Positions 39,758 to 53,570 of a stretch of 64,000 nucleotides of DNA are shown here, piece after piece. Position 1 is the first letter of the stretch, and each line of letters begins with the position of its first letter. Source of the DNA: Hemiscyllium ocellatum. Lineage: Eukaryota. A program made the position numbers and the translations under genes. Location of the stretch: contig NC_083417.1 of the NCBI RefSeq assembly GCF_020745735.1, positions 53,382,001 to 53,446,000 on the forward strand, read 5' to 3'. The notes under the pieces were generated by a model that was given only the letters and a program-made list of their open reading frames with translations, was not told the origin of the DNA and searched no databases.

Positions 39758-42049
39758 TAGCTTTCCTGAAGAGTAGGCTATGAGATATGGTCTAGGTCAG
39801 GTAAAAGCTACAAGTGATTCCAATATTCAACAAGTGACTGGTGTGTTCAAATCAAATCAGGGCAAGCAACATTACTGAATTCAGATATAGCAAATCAGAG
39901 ACCACAAAGTAGTCTTACTGATGTAAATAAAACGATATATCAACGTTTGAATATAACCTGACACTTTCAGCTTATCTAGTCTACATGTGAAACACGATAA
40001 CCTCAGGATAAATATACAAGCACAAAGAACTATATTATTGTCTTACATGCTAAACAGCAACAGCAACTTCCAAATGCGTGACAATTACTATCTAGAGAGG
40101 AACAGAGGGAAAAACACATGAGAACATTACCAGCTGCAAATTCTCCTCAAGCCACTTACCATGCTTACTTTGAAATACATTGCTGTCACTGCAACCTGGT
40201 CAAAATCCTAGAACTCCCACTCTAAAGACAGAGTGGATCAACCTGTGCCAAAATGGATATCAGCAATTCACTCACCTTCTCCAGGGCAATAAATACCAGT
40301 CCAACAAGTGATGCCCAGCCCATGAAAGAACAGGATGAAAAATAAAAGATTGAAAAGTCTGAGTTCCACATCAGATTAAATAAGAGAAAGGGTGGTATCA
40401 GGAAACTATGTCCATAAGATCAGAAAGTACTGGAGCACAATTAAGCCAAACAGTCCATCAAGTCTGCTCTGCCATTCGATCATGGTGAATATGTTTCTCA
40501 ACCTCATTTTCTTGCCTTCTCCATGTAACCTCTGATCCCCTTACTAAGCAAGAACCTATCTATCTTCGTCTTGAATACACTCAATGACATGAGTTCCACA
40601 GATTCAGCACCCTCTGGCTGAAGAAATTCCTCATCTCAATTCTAAAGCGTCGTATCTTCACGGAGGCTGTGCCATCTGGTCCTAGTGTCTCCTCCTAGTG
40701 CAGGCATCACTTTCATGTCCACTCTATCCAGGCCTCTTAGTACTGTGAAGGTGTCATCTTCAAACTTAGCAACCACACTTTCAGTTCCTTCATCCAAATC
40801 GTTAAAGTATGTGAGTAGCTGTAGTTGGTTTTCATCTTGCCAATGTTAATCTATCAAGTTGCTGGACAAACGGCACAACTGTCTTAAAGTTCAGTGATGT
40901 TTCAGAGATAAAGAGGATAAAATTAATCTTTTATTGTTCATTAAATTTTCTGGATAGTCATTGTTATCTTTCCTATAAAGATGGAAATATATATCCTTCA
41001 ATTTCAACTACTCCTTTATTATAAGTGGTATCAGATTTTAATTCATCTATTTATCTATAGCTGATCTCGAGACTATAGATCATTTTTACAATTTTATGGA
41101 ATGATGGCTAACCTCTTGAATTTTAGTTAGAAACTGATGTTGGAGTTGCTAACATCAGAGGAGGTGTCATAATTTCCTTAGAAACCTGAACAGTGAGCAA
41201 GACGGGTGTACACAAAGCTCAAGAATTTTTCCTGCAGGAATGTGCCTTAATAATACATAATAATGCTAATGCTAAAGCAAGTCAAAACACTTGCCATGTT
41301 CCTACTTCAAATAAAGAAAATATGAACACAGCCACTTGTGCAGTTTTTTTTATGGAGAATACATTTCAAATACAACAACACAAGAATCTACACAATTGAA
41401 AATTAGATTTCTTAGCAAGTGAATGAGATTCTGCAGATCTATTCAGTTGTGGATTATAAAAGCTGTGACAATTTGATCTTCAACCAAAGGTATCTGTAAA
41501 TCCAAGACAAGTTAAATTTGAAAGTTTGTTTCATCACTACTAATACTTAAAGCACACAACTTTAAAAATGTTCCAAGGTGCATCATAGGAACATTGTTCA
41601 ATTTTGTTTGATAATCAGGTACATAATGGAGACAGATTAAAGCTCGGTCAAAGGTGGATTTTGAAGAATGTCTTAAAGGAGAAGAAGAAATAGGTAACTG
41701 GCATAAGGAGTGAATTTTATAGACTAGGGCTCAGGCAGCTAAAGACACAGCCACCAGTAGTGGAGTAACTAAAATAGGGTACTTAGAATTAGAAGGGTGC
41801 ACAAACTTTGAGGAGTTGTTGAATATAGGGAAGTTAGAGAATTAGGCTGTGCAAAGCATGTAGGTTTTTGAAAACTAGGATGAGAAAAAAAAAAGAAGTG
41901 TGGTGGGACCAAGAGCTAATACTAGTCAACAAACAAAACTGGTGCAAAACAGGACAGGAGTTAGCTATTTAATGGCTCAGAACTATTTCACCAGTCAATA
42001 TCATCACTAACCTGCAACCTACTTCCATATATTCACAGCCTTAATTAAC

Positions 42050-43860
42050 AAAAATGCCAACTTTGCAATAACAGCCAACATTCAAATTGCCTTCCTAATT
42101 ACTTGATATACCAGCAGACTAATATTACATAGCTGAGTGCAACCAGAAACCTCTCTAGAGCAGCATTTTGCAGTCTATCTTGCTTTGCTACTCCCTTTAC
42201 CAAAGTGGATAACTGCACATTTTCCACCAATGTTTGCCCACACATTTGTAGTGTTGATATCTCTTTGCAGAAATCTTTGTATGTACTTCACAACTTGCCT
42301 TTCCATTTATCTTTACATCAGAGTCATTAATATTAATTGCAAACAGGTGCAGTCCCAACACTGATGTCTGTGTTACCCAACTAGTGGTTCCCCAGCTTGA
42401 AGATGTCTCATTTATTTTGACTATAATATGTTAGTTAGCCAATCTCCTATCCACCCGAATATACCACTCTGATACCATATGTTCTGCTACCAAAAGGTGC
42501 TGATAAATGATCTAGATCTTGGTGTGCAGGGCACAATTTCAAACTTTGCAGATGACAAAACTATGACAAGTGCACGATAGCACTTCAAAATGATACTGAC
42601 ACATTGATGGAGTGGGTATTTGAATGGTTATTGCACAGAAGTATTAAGTAATGCAAGGTGGTGCAAATTACAAGAAGATACTGTATAAAATATAGGGTAC
42701 ACAGGTGCAGAGAAACGTGCATGTATATGTGTGCAAGTTATTAAAAGGTAGCAGGACAGATAGAGAGCTGCTACTTTAGCATAAAATATTCTAGGCTTCT
42801 TAAATGAGGACATAATGCACAATAGCAGCGAAGATGTGATGAACATACACAAGACACTGGACAGACGTCAGTTGGAATTCTGTGTAGAGTTCTGGGCATC
42901 ACACTATGGGAAGGATGTGAATACACTGGAGAAAGCACAGAATAGGTGTGAGAATGATTCCGTGATTGAGACACTTCGGTTACGAGGAAAGATTGGAAAA
43001 TTTCTAACTGTTTTCCTTGGAGAGAAGACTAAGGAGATTTGATAGTTTTCAAAATCATGGAGGGGGCTGGAGAGAGCTGATAGGAAGAAAGTGATTCTGA
43101 CTGTTTACAAGTCAGAAAAGATGGTACAGTTTTAAAACGTTTTGCAAAAGTAGGAAATGGAAGGTGAGAAAATCTCTCACAATTTGAATGCACTGCCTCA
43201 AGGTATTGTGGAGGCAGATTCAAATGAGGTATTCAAGATGGCATTATTATTATGGATGATTATTTAAGTAGAAACAATTTGGAGGGTTACGAAAGCAGTG
43301 TTTAGCAGCAGATTGAAATGCTCAGAAAGCAAATACATACGATGAGCTTGATGGCCTGCTTCTGCACTGTACCAACTTTCTGATTCTCTTGTAGTAACCA
43401 TCAAATGCCTTTGCAAAACCAATAGATTATATCTAGTGTCTCTCCTTTAACTACCCTACCTTATATATCATTAATAGTATTTTCATAAATTTGTTAAATA
43501 GGATTTTTCTTGAATAAAAGAATGGTGGTTCCACTTAATTATATTAGGATATTCTAAATGTTATGGTGCTACCTCCTTAATAGCAGATTCCAGTAATTTC
43601 CCATTGATAGATGTTAAGCTAACTGACCTTTAGTTTGCTGCTATGTGTCCCCCTCCTTTCTTGAAAATGAATATTTTACTGATTTTTTTAAATCCAATGA
43701 GATAATTTTAAAACAAGAGGAATTTTGGAAACTCTGTAGTCAATGTATCCTCTACCTCTGCAGTCACATTTTTTAGGACCCTACTACACAGGGCATTAGG
43801 CCCAGGGACTTGTCAACATTTAGTCATGTTATTTTTCCCAGTACTTTTTCTCTAGTGTGT
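42050..43860. mobile_element. Old CR1 fragments (minus ~42050-42480, plus ~42490-43390, minus ~43390-43860)
   Basis: QLEFCVEFWASHYGKDVNTLEKAQ and SNFADD remnants. Confidence 0.65.
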
Positions 43861-43945
43861 GTGATTATTTAAAGTTTGTATCTACATTTTATCAACTGAT
43901 TTCTGGAACTGGACGTGATCAGGAATGAAAGACAGGTATATAATA

Positions 43946-44637
43946 TGGATGTAGGTTTGATCACTGAGCTGGAAGGTTCGTTTTCAGACATATAATAGGT
44001 AACATCATCAGTGAGCCTCCGGATGAAGCACTGGTGGTATGGCCTGCTTTCTATTTATGTGTTTAGATCTCCTTGGGTTGTTGATGTCATTTCCTGCAGC
44101 GATGCCATTCCCTGTTCTTTTTCTTGGGGGCAGTAAATGGGATCAACGTCAATGTATTTGTCGACAGAATTCTGGTTGGAATGCCAAGCTTCTAGAAATT
44201 CTCGTGCATGTCTCGGTTTGTCTTGTCCGAGGTTGGATGTGTTGTCCCAATCGAAGTGATGAACATCAACTAGCCACAAAAACACATGACCTACTCTCAC
44301 TAGTATCCTTACATATAAATGAGGAAGAACACCACTTCGACTGGGACAACACATCCACCCTAGGACAAACCAAACAGAGACACGCACGAAAATTCCTAGA
44401 AGCATGGCATTCCAACAGAAACTCTATCAACAAACACATCGACTTGGACCCGATTTACCACCCCTCGAGAAAGAGAACAGGAAATGACATCACCATTCCA
44501 AAGAACCTCAAACATATAAACAGAAAGCAGGAATCATCAGCAGTGCTTTGTCTGGAGGCTCACTGAAGATGTTACCTAGTGTGGTGACAAAACATCTGAA
44601 AATGAACCTTCCAGCTCAGCGAGCAAACCTACATCCA
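43946..44637. mobile_element. Penelope-like family B fold-back element
   Basis: TGGATGTAGGTTTG...CAAACCTACATCCA termini. HHFDWDNTS..GQ..HAR.FLEAWHSN is encoded on both strands, as the ORF track shows. Confidence 0.9.
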
Positions 44638-45949
44638 AAGTAAACTCCAATACCAAAACTGAGCAAAGGAACAGGCATTTAAAGATTTCATCACTGCCCC
44701 CATTCTAAAGACCAAATTACTTTTAAAATTCTCCTTCAAAATTTGCACATTGAAACAGCTTACAAGGGTTTAATGCACAGAATTCTAACAACCTCATGCA
44801 CTCAGTGGTTTATCCTGTTTAATTCCTTTTACCATAGAAAGGTTAATAATATATCCAACTTCTACTCACTAACATCAAAATCTTATAATTAAACAAAAAT
44901 TGATTTTTAAAAAGTTGAACCTACGTCAGATAACCTTATTGATGTGTTTCTTTCTTAAATGGATCTCTTTTTCTCAATTCAGCTTTGTATCTCACTTCCC
45001 TGAAGGAAGAGACTTAGATTGGTAACAGAAAAGAACCAGAGCAAATTCCAGCCATTTTCAAAAGTGGTCAGTCATTCTTCATCTGGAATAGCCTAGAAGA
45101 CTTAACCACAGAGCATCACAAAACAACTGATCTCATTCTCACCATATATTCAATGCAATTTTCAGCAGACGGTAAAAATGAGGAGCAGGAATTGTGGCTG
45201 AGTGTTCCCCCACCCCCTCCAAAAAAAATCCAAGGAGACTGAAACCAGAACTAGCAACATGGCTAAGATGACTTAACTCAGCGCATTATCAATGCTTCAT
45301 CGCACCATATTTAGAAGTGATGAATTCTAGATAATAGGAACACAAACAAATTAGTGATGGGATTTGAGAGAATGGAAAACTAAATTATTTCATTAGTCAT
45401 TTACACTTCTTAGAAAATAATGTTACAGTCTAACAACACTTGACTTTCACATCCAGCATTACCTAAATTCACTGATTTATGCAATTCAACACCATCATAA
45501 GATAAAAATGTCACTGAATTGCAAGCTGTCGCTCGCACGAGCAGTTCATTTTGTATCCGACATAACATTTATAATAGCGCATCTACAATGCTCCACAACC
45601 CAGAGACAACTCTCAATTAGCCTATATATACTAGAGGATAAATTTAGACAGCTACCTGTCTACAATGGTTAGCTGTACTGAGAACCCCTTATGATCGATT
45701 TTTTTTTAAAATAACACGACGCAGACCAATAAAAATATTCCTGTGAAATAGTACAAAGCCACTCTTCCTACAGTTCGCACAAGCTAGACTGATCGAGTTT
45801 GTAATTCTTTCCCAAACACATTAATGTTAAAAGTTCCTGCTAGTCACACTAACAGTGTTACCAGATCATTCAAGAGAAATCCACTGAACGTGTTAGCGAG
45901 TGAAGTGAAAACTCCTATCTCCTTAAATAAAGATACAATGATAATGCAG

Positions 45950-46770
45950 CCGCCGGTATCGGTTGAAGTTATTCTTCATTCTCCAGTTCCACAGCCCGAG
46001 TGCTACCTTTATAAAAGGTGTTGCTATCAGTGAAGTGATCATGAACACAAGCCCCGGACTCCATGTGCCCCACATTACCGCAGTTCCCGGCCCAGAAGTC
46101 CAGCCCCTGGGCTCGCAGTCCCGATCGCCGGGACGCAGGACAGAGGGCTGCGGCAAAAAGATTTGCTTGGGGCCAAGTCGGCCGTTCACGCGTTTCCATC
46201 ACCGCGGCAACCGCCAGGGCCTTGACTACACCCAAGATGCCGAACAATCCCAACCACCCAAATACCGAGCAGAGCACTTCCAATTCCAATCGTTACCATC
46301 AGCAGGAGGTGAATCACAGCGATCGCAGCGCTGCCTCAGGCTCATTGCCTGGTCAAGGCTCCGCCCTCATTTCGGTCAAATGGCGACGGGCCCGACAGGC
46401 ACCAAGGGATCCGTCTGAGGTGACTGAGCCTCAGCTCGCTGCAACCGCCGCCATGAGGAAACCGCTGTCCACGAGCTCCAGCAACACAGGACTGACCCCG
46501 CGCGCCGGTCAACGCTCCTCGGCTGACGGTATTGTGCAGGCGTGCCGGATCCGCCCACTGTGTGACGTCACAGACGACCAGCACCGGGTTGTCATGATAC
46601 GGCGCATGTGTGTTCTCCAATGCTGCTCAGCTACTGACGTCAGAGCAACACTCCACTCTTATTAATACTATTTGCATCATAGAGTCCGTCCACTGTTCGT
46701 AGAGCTTAGTGACCGCGCCCCCGTTTGCGTTTATTAGCATATCACCACCAACCTGCACTGTCCTGATTGG
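45950..46770 (-). promoter_or_regulatory. GFOD2: CpG island / probable GFOD2 promoter and non-coding first exon
   Basis: Only non-repeat CpG-rich stretch in the window. TGACGTCA at 46563-46570 and 46635-46642, octamer ATTTGCAT 46670-46677, ATTGG/CCAAT 46766-46770, YY1-like CCGCCAT 46448-46454. Candidate minus-strand donors G|GTCAGT (46496), G|GTAACG (46296), G|GTAATG (46078). Confidence 0.7.
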
Positions 46771-47199
46771 TCAATATGTTGAAATATTTCTTTTTGTTTT
46801 GAGCGTGGATCTTTTCTCATTTATTTTCGTTTTGTCACCGTATCCCATTCAAACATAGTCTAAACATTGCAAACAATCAAAACCTATTTTAAAATGTCAT
46901 GTTTCTCTCAAAAACGTGGGAAAAGGTTGGGTAAATTGCCTGGCGGTCATTGAAGTGTAAATGTTGTGCAACACCAGATAGATTGCATGCCCATAAACTT
47001 GCGACGGCGCCATTATTTTGGGTCAAGGTGTTGAGCAACTAATGAAAAGCAGAATGAGGATAATGGAATTATCTTCATGAATTCTCTGCTCGAAGAGAAG
47101 AAGCGCCACAACCTACACTAGAGTAAAGAGACAAGTCCCAAATCTTCCTTTTGCACCTGAAGAGCTGCCAAACCTGAGAAAAATCTGAAAATGCTCAGA

Positions 47200-48560
47200 A
47201 GGCCAGACATTTCTGAAGAGAGAAAGAATTAAGTCTCCAAGTTTCAATGACCTTTCATCAGCCCTGGGAAAATTTAAGAGATATAAGTTTTGAGCATAGG
47301 ATGGTTAGGACAAGCGCATTAGGTGAAAACTGGACAGATTCGATGACAGTGGAGTCAGTCTAACGGGACCAAAAGAAATAATGATGTGCCCAGAAAGGTG
47401 GAAAGGTTTAAGGTTTGTGTAAAGATTTGTAGCTCGGGTGCCGGTTACAGTTGTTGAGGATATGTTCGCCAAGCTGGGAATTTGGTTTGCTGACATTTTG
47501 TTCCCTTTTCTAGAAGACATCCTCAGTAATGTTGAGCCTCCTATGAAGCGCTGCTGTACTGTGTTGGTTGGAATTTTGCCCACATCAAGTGGACAGGCAG
47601 GAGGCCGGAAGAACACAGCAAGCCAGGCACACCAGGAGATAGAGAAGTTGACGTTTTGAGTCTCACCCTTCTTCAGAACTAATGTCTCTAACATCAAGTG
47701 GACCACTGTCTGAAAACAAAACTAGGATGAAAAACAAAATTCGCAAAAGGAAACAAAATGGGGCTTTATTATCAGAGTTGATGATGTGAACTCCATGTTG
47801 AATATGGAAGGTTGCAAAGTGTCTAATCAAATATTGAGGTCCTTTTCCTCAAACTGACACTGAGACTCAATGGAGCATCAAGAATAGTAATGTCAATAGG
47901 CAAGCAAAATGGAGCATCAAAATGACAGGCCGATGAAGCTAGGGAGTCATGCTTGTGAAGGGAATGGAAGTGTGGTGAGAAATTGTCACCCCATCTGTGT
48001 TCCCAATGTAGAACAATGAATACAACACACAGAATTGAAAGAAGTGCAAGCAAATTGCTGCTTCTCTTAGAAATAGTGTTTTGGGCCTGCAGCTTGGGAG
48101 AGAGGAGTGAAAAGGCCAAATGCTATATTTCTGGTATCTAGATGAAAACATTTAGTCATAGAGTCATAGAGATGTACAGCACAGAGTAATAAAGGAATAG
48201 ATCACAGTAAGGAAGGAACAGTCATTTTAGAATACTGAAAGACGAGGGTTGAATAAGATGTATTTGGTGATGGCAGCACAATGGAGATGTTGGGAAATTA
48301 TCTGTTGAATGTAGAGTTTGGTCACATAGAAGGTGAAGACAAGGGAAACTTTATTGTGGTTTCGGTTAGGGTGCAGAGCGTAGTGGAGAGGTGAAAACCT
48401 TGCCGATTACACTAGGGAATTATTTTCGATTGTTCAAAAAGTAAGATATGTCAGTAATGCTGGCGAGTAAGGTTGCAACTTGAGAACAGATGTGCGAAAG
48501 ATGGAGGATACTAGCGAATAGAATGGGTCTCTACATGATATAGTATGTGAGGAAGTGTTA
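47200..48560 (-). mobile_element. Cluster of degenerate Penelope-like 3' ends / pseudo-LTRs
   Basis: Hammerhead-like remnants at about 47241-47262, 47490-47528 and 47648-47680, plus a degenerate GIY-YIG region at about 47830-48050. Confidence 0.6.
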
Positions 48561-49544
48561 CCCCCTCCCACCATTGGAATTCATTGGAACTGCACCTCTG
48601 GCACAAAAACTCTTATCAGGCAGAACTGGCACCGCTGACAAGCGATGGACATAGATGACTTCCAAATGGCATTCAGTGAAGCGTTGACTGCTGACTGTCA
48701 AGATGGGAAAAGACCACAAAGCTGTCAGCATTTGCACTAAGTCCAAATTCTGCCCAAATCGCTCTCCCTCACCTCCACTGTGAGAAGCTGCCCAGTTAAG
48801 TGGTCAATGCTACTTCGTCACTGCTCTTAGAATTTTAGCCTCAATCAGGCCATCTGCACCTGTGGAGTCGGCCTGACATTATTATATGGATAACATGGTG
48901 TTGCCAGCCGCGCCCCTCCAGATTTTTCAGTCAAGGAAACATTTGCCACCAGTAACTGACTCACTGTATTCATTTGTGCTTCTGAGAATGGCAATTTTGA
49001 TGACTATCTTTGTGTTTGTGTGAATTACTCCATTTCAAATTTTCCCTGATTAATGCTTATTCAGACCCCAGCAGACGTACTCATGCTACATCTTCATTTC
49101 TCTTTGCTTGTATCATTCCTTTTGGTTCTATACGACTAACTTCTGTATTTCAATTGTTCCTTCTTCCACTCTAATATTTTCCTTGTCATTGTCCTATCCA
49201 CACCTTCTTCAAAACCCATTACATCTTCAAAGTTTCTCAGTTCTGAATGAAAGGTCCTCAATTTGAAATGTTGATTCTGTTTCTCCACTTCTGCTGACTG
49301 CCCTTCTGATTATTTTAAACATGCCCTGTTTTCACTGTTAAATTAAGTAAAAGATGTCCCAGGATGTCAACAAATGCATCTTTGAACAAAGAATGAAGTA
49401 GATCTCCCTTGAAAACAATCATTTATTGGAAATGTTTGTTCCTGAATACACAAAGTGAGTAACAGAATAATTATGTCATTGCAACTATTGTGCTTTTTTA
49501 TTGTAAAAATATACTTTTTCATAAAAATACCCTATGCACATGCA

Positions 49545-49832
49545 CAGGTACGGCATGGTGGCTCAGTGGTTGGCACTGCTGCCTAACAGTACCAGGGACC
49601 TGGGTTCAATTCCTGCCTTGGGCAATTGTCTGTGTGGAGTTTGCACATTCTCCCTGTGTCTGCATGGGTTTCCTCCCACAATCTAAAGATGTGCAGGTCT
49701 GGTGAATTGGCCATGCTAAATTGCCCATAGTGCTGGGTGCATTAGGCGGGGGTAATATAGGGGGGTTTAGAGAGTTAGCGTGGACCTTTTGGGCCAAATG
49801 GCCTGTTTCCTTAATGTAAGGAATCTAATCTA
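49545..49832 (+). mobile_element. HE1-type SINE
   Basis: A/B boxes, V-domain and (AATCT)n tail. Confidence 0.85.
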
Positions 49833-50203
49833 AAACAAACAAACATTGGAATTTGTCATTCCCTACATTTGTAAAAACAAAGGTATTACAATGAGCACAG
49901 TAGTAGTAATATAACACCTCACCATAAAGTGTTACTGCAACACTTATTTAAATTCCTTTGGAGTATGGAGCACTGTGTAATTCATTCACTGGTATCAAGT
50001 GTTCAGTTGTAAAGTGTATGCTCCAGACTGGTCTTTGGTGCAGTGATAGAGAGTTGATTGATGTGTTGAAGTTTTATTTCTACTGTTATGCTGTCCCTCG
50101 CTGGAATAAAAAAAGCAGAGAAGTAAAATCAAAAGCAGCAGTTAGTGGCAACGTTATTGAAATATTCAAGTTTCTTAGGGAACTCAAGGGTAGATATAGA
50201 AAG

Positions 50204-50484
50204 GTTAGATTTAGATTACTTACAGTGTGGAAACAGGCTCTTCGGTCCAACAAGTCCACACCGACCCGCCGAAGCACATACCACCTAGACCCATTCCCCT
50301 ACATTTACCCAACACTATGGGCAATTTAACATGGCCAATTCACCCAACCTGGTCCGTGGGAAGGAAACCCACGCAGACACGGTGAGAATGTGCAAACTCC
50401 ATACAGACAGTCACCTGAGGCTGGAATTGAACCCAGGCCCTGGCGCTGTGAGGCAGCAGTGCTAACCACTGAGCCACAATGCCA
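50204..50484 (-). mobile_element. HE1-type SINE with internal deletion
   Basis: Closely similar to 31623-31938. Confidence 0.85.
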
Positions 50485-52059
50485 TGGTTATCAGGAATAG
50501 TGTTCCCTGCCATCTTTGCTCTGCACTGTATGCTAGAGATATCTGAGAGCATCTTTGAGTGACCAACCATTTCATTCTGACATCCTGATCTTTCTTTGAC
50601 ACTTGTCCCGGGCCCAATTTGCAGCAGAATCAAGGACCAGAGGGCATCATCTCAGAATTAGTTACGCATGAAATAAGTCTGTCTGTATCACAATTATTTG
50701 AGTAGTGAAGTTGTGGTATTCTTTACCACAGTGGTCTGTTGAGGCCGGGTTATTACGTATATTAAAGACCAAGATTGACAGATTATGATTCCCTTATTGA
50801 TTAAAGGGTTATGGGGAAAAGGCAGGAAAATGGAGTTGAAGATTATCAGGTCAGCCATGATCTCCTAGAAATCAGAGCAAACTTGATGGGCTGAATGGCC
50901 TACTTCCACACCTCCATCTTTTCTCAATTTAATTGAAGTTAAAAGCAAAGCAATCAAAAAAAAGTTGGAATAAATCGATTAGGGTTGAAAATAATTGAGG
51001 TATATGATATGGTGCACGACAATGAGCCATGTGTCCAAACTTGAGCTAAAATGTAAATATCCTGGCTATTTATGATGTTCTAGTCAGAAATATTCAATAA
51101 ATTCAGAAAGGTTTTGTACACTGAATTAAATTGTACTTTGTACTATCAAAGTCCATGGCATTACCTCATTGTATGTACAGTACAAGCCAACAAAATGGAT
51201 TGCTCCTTAGATTTATGGCAAGTTGTGAGTTTTAATTTTACAATTGAATAAATGGGCTGTCCTGAGGGAGACAAGTGTAAGTGGGGTGAGGGAGTTCGAT
51301 TAACATTGGAAAGCAATGCAGACAACTCCCACATTCTTTCAGACAACAGATCCAAGAACCACGTTACAATTGTCCTTCATGTTGCATTGATTGACAAATC
51401 ACAGGTGACATATCATGACCTAAAAACATACAGATAAGGATTAACAGACTGAAAGACTGTTTGGTGATGTAGTAGGTTAGTATAATAAAAAAACATTGAA
51501 TAGGATTGAGCACACACTGATGATTTAGCAATAGTGAAACTTTCTTAGTGAAGCTAAGAAACTTCTTGAGGCAATATTAACAGGTAACTCACTCCAGAGC
51601 ATTAGCTAATATCTAACTAAATAGTTAACATTAATGGAGGTATTGCCATGTCATGTCAGGACATCCTCTTTCCCTCTCTTCAGTCTTGAGGAATGTTGCA
51701 CACATAGGAACTCTAGAGAACCGGAAAGAATATAGTTTACTATGACAATAAAATGTAAAGTGAAACACTGCCAGAGAATATTTGGGATGAGAGTCAAAGG
51801 TTTTTATTTTTACAAATATGGCTTTATTATTAATAACACATACTAATAACATTATGTGTTGTCAGCTTCCCTTTTTGTGGGTAAACATTGCTGTTTAAAT
51901 GTCCACCTTCCATTTCTACAGGATTTTTAAAGCTGTTTCAGCGAACTGATAAACTGATAATTTATGTGATGAGAGAAAATGAGTTGACTGAAAACTAAAT
52001 GTAAGTTTCAGCCTTAGCTCAGCCTGGCTTGGTTGGTAGCATTATCATATTTAAAATCG

Positions 52060-53570
52060 GAAGATTGTGGAAAATGAGAGGCTGCACACTTTGGCAGGAA
52101 CAACAGGGGAGCTAAATATTATTTAAATTGAGAAAGGCTACAGCACAGACAGATTTGAGAGTCCTCATGCATAAATCATAAAAAGCTAACATTCAAATTC
52201 AGCAGGGAATAGGGAAGGCAAATAGAATGTTGGCTTTATTTCAAATGGAATGGAGTGTCAAAATAGGGACATCCTTCTAAAAGTATAAGGTACTAGTTGT
52301 ACCGCAAGTAAAAGACTGAAGAGGTTTGATCCTCTTATGTAAGGAAATGATTTGGAGATGCCGGTGTTGCACTGGGGTGTACAAAGTTAAAAATCACACA
52401 ACACCAGGTTATAGTCCAACAGGTTTATTTGGAAGCACACTAGCTTTTGGAGTGGCGCTCCTTCATCAGGTGATTGTGGAGAGCTCGATCGTAACACAGA
52501 ATTTATAGCAAAAATTTGCAGTGTAATGTAACTGAAATTATACATTGAAAACTTGATTGTCTGTTAAGCCTTTCATCTGTTAGAATACAGTGATAGTTTC
52601 ACTTCTTTCATGTGTAAATCACAAAACCCTTTTTTTAAAAAAAGTTGCAACTGCCAGTTCCGATGTGCCACAGCAAGGAACCGTAATGACCTCCTCAGGA
52701 GACAGACACCTGCTGCAACGGACAGGGTACCCTTCGTTGTTCAATACTTCCCAGGGGCTGAAAAATTATGCCATGTTCTTCGAGACCTGCAACACATTAT
52801 CAATAAGGATAAGCATCTCACCAAGACCTCCCCACACCTCCACTACTTGCCTTTAAACAACCGCCAAACCTCAAACAGATCATTGTTCGTAGCAAACTGC
52901 CTGGCTCTCAGGACAACTTCATACAACCCTGTCACAGTGGTCGCTGCAAGATGTGTCAGATTGTGGACATAGATACCACTATTACGCATGGAAACACCTC
53001 CCACCTTGTACATGGCAGGTACTAGTGTGCTTCCAATTAAACCTGTTGGACTATAACCTGGTGTTGTGTGATTTTTAACTATGTAAGGAAAGGTATATAT
53101 TGGCATTGGAGGCAGTGCAGAGAAAATTAATAGGCTGATCCTGGGGACGGAGGGACGATTTGATGAGGGAAGGTTGAGTATGTTGGGTCAGTACTCATTG
53201 AAGTTTAGAAGAACAACAGGTTAACTTATCAAAACATGCAAAATTCTTTGGAGGATTTACAAGGTGGATGCAGAGAGGTTTCTTCTTGTGTGAGAGTCTA
53301 GAAACAGAGAGCACAATCTCAGAAAAAAGGGTTGCTTAGTTAGGACAGAACTAAGAAGGAATCTCTTCTCACCGAGGGTATTAATCTGTGGAATTCTTTA
53401 CTGCAGAGGGCTGTCAAGACTGAGTATATTCAAAGCAGCCAGAGTTTAATCAGTAGAGAAAGTAAAAGATTATGATGAAGAGTCAGGAAAGTGGAGTTAA
53501 AGATGATCAAATCAGCCATGATTAAATAGCAAAGCAGAATCAAGGGCTGAGTGATCTGCAGCTGTACCTA
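52060..53570 (+). mobile_element. Old CR1 3' fragment hosting a Penelope insertion
   Basis: CR1 sequence reads through ...cttatgtaaggaaa|ggtatatattggcattggaggcagtgcagaga once the insert is removed. Confidence 0.75.
52348..53079 (+). mobile_element. Penelope-like family A fold-back element with perfect 12 bp TSD
   Basis: TATGTAAGGAAA at 52336-52347 and 53080-53091. Internal RNRNDLLRRQTPAATDRVPFVVQYFPGAEKL and Cys linker PCHSGRCKMC. Confidence 0.9.

Noticed and set aside
45923-46665. Several overlapping 60-200 aa ORFs as host genes
   Set aside because: Expected in a stop-poor GC-rich CpG island; no recognisable domain.
46670-46745. snRNA gene suggested by the octamer motif
   Set aside because: No PSE and no recognisable snRNA body nearby.
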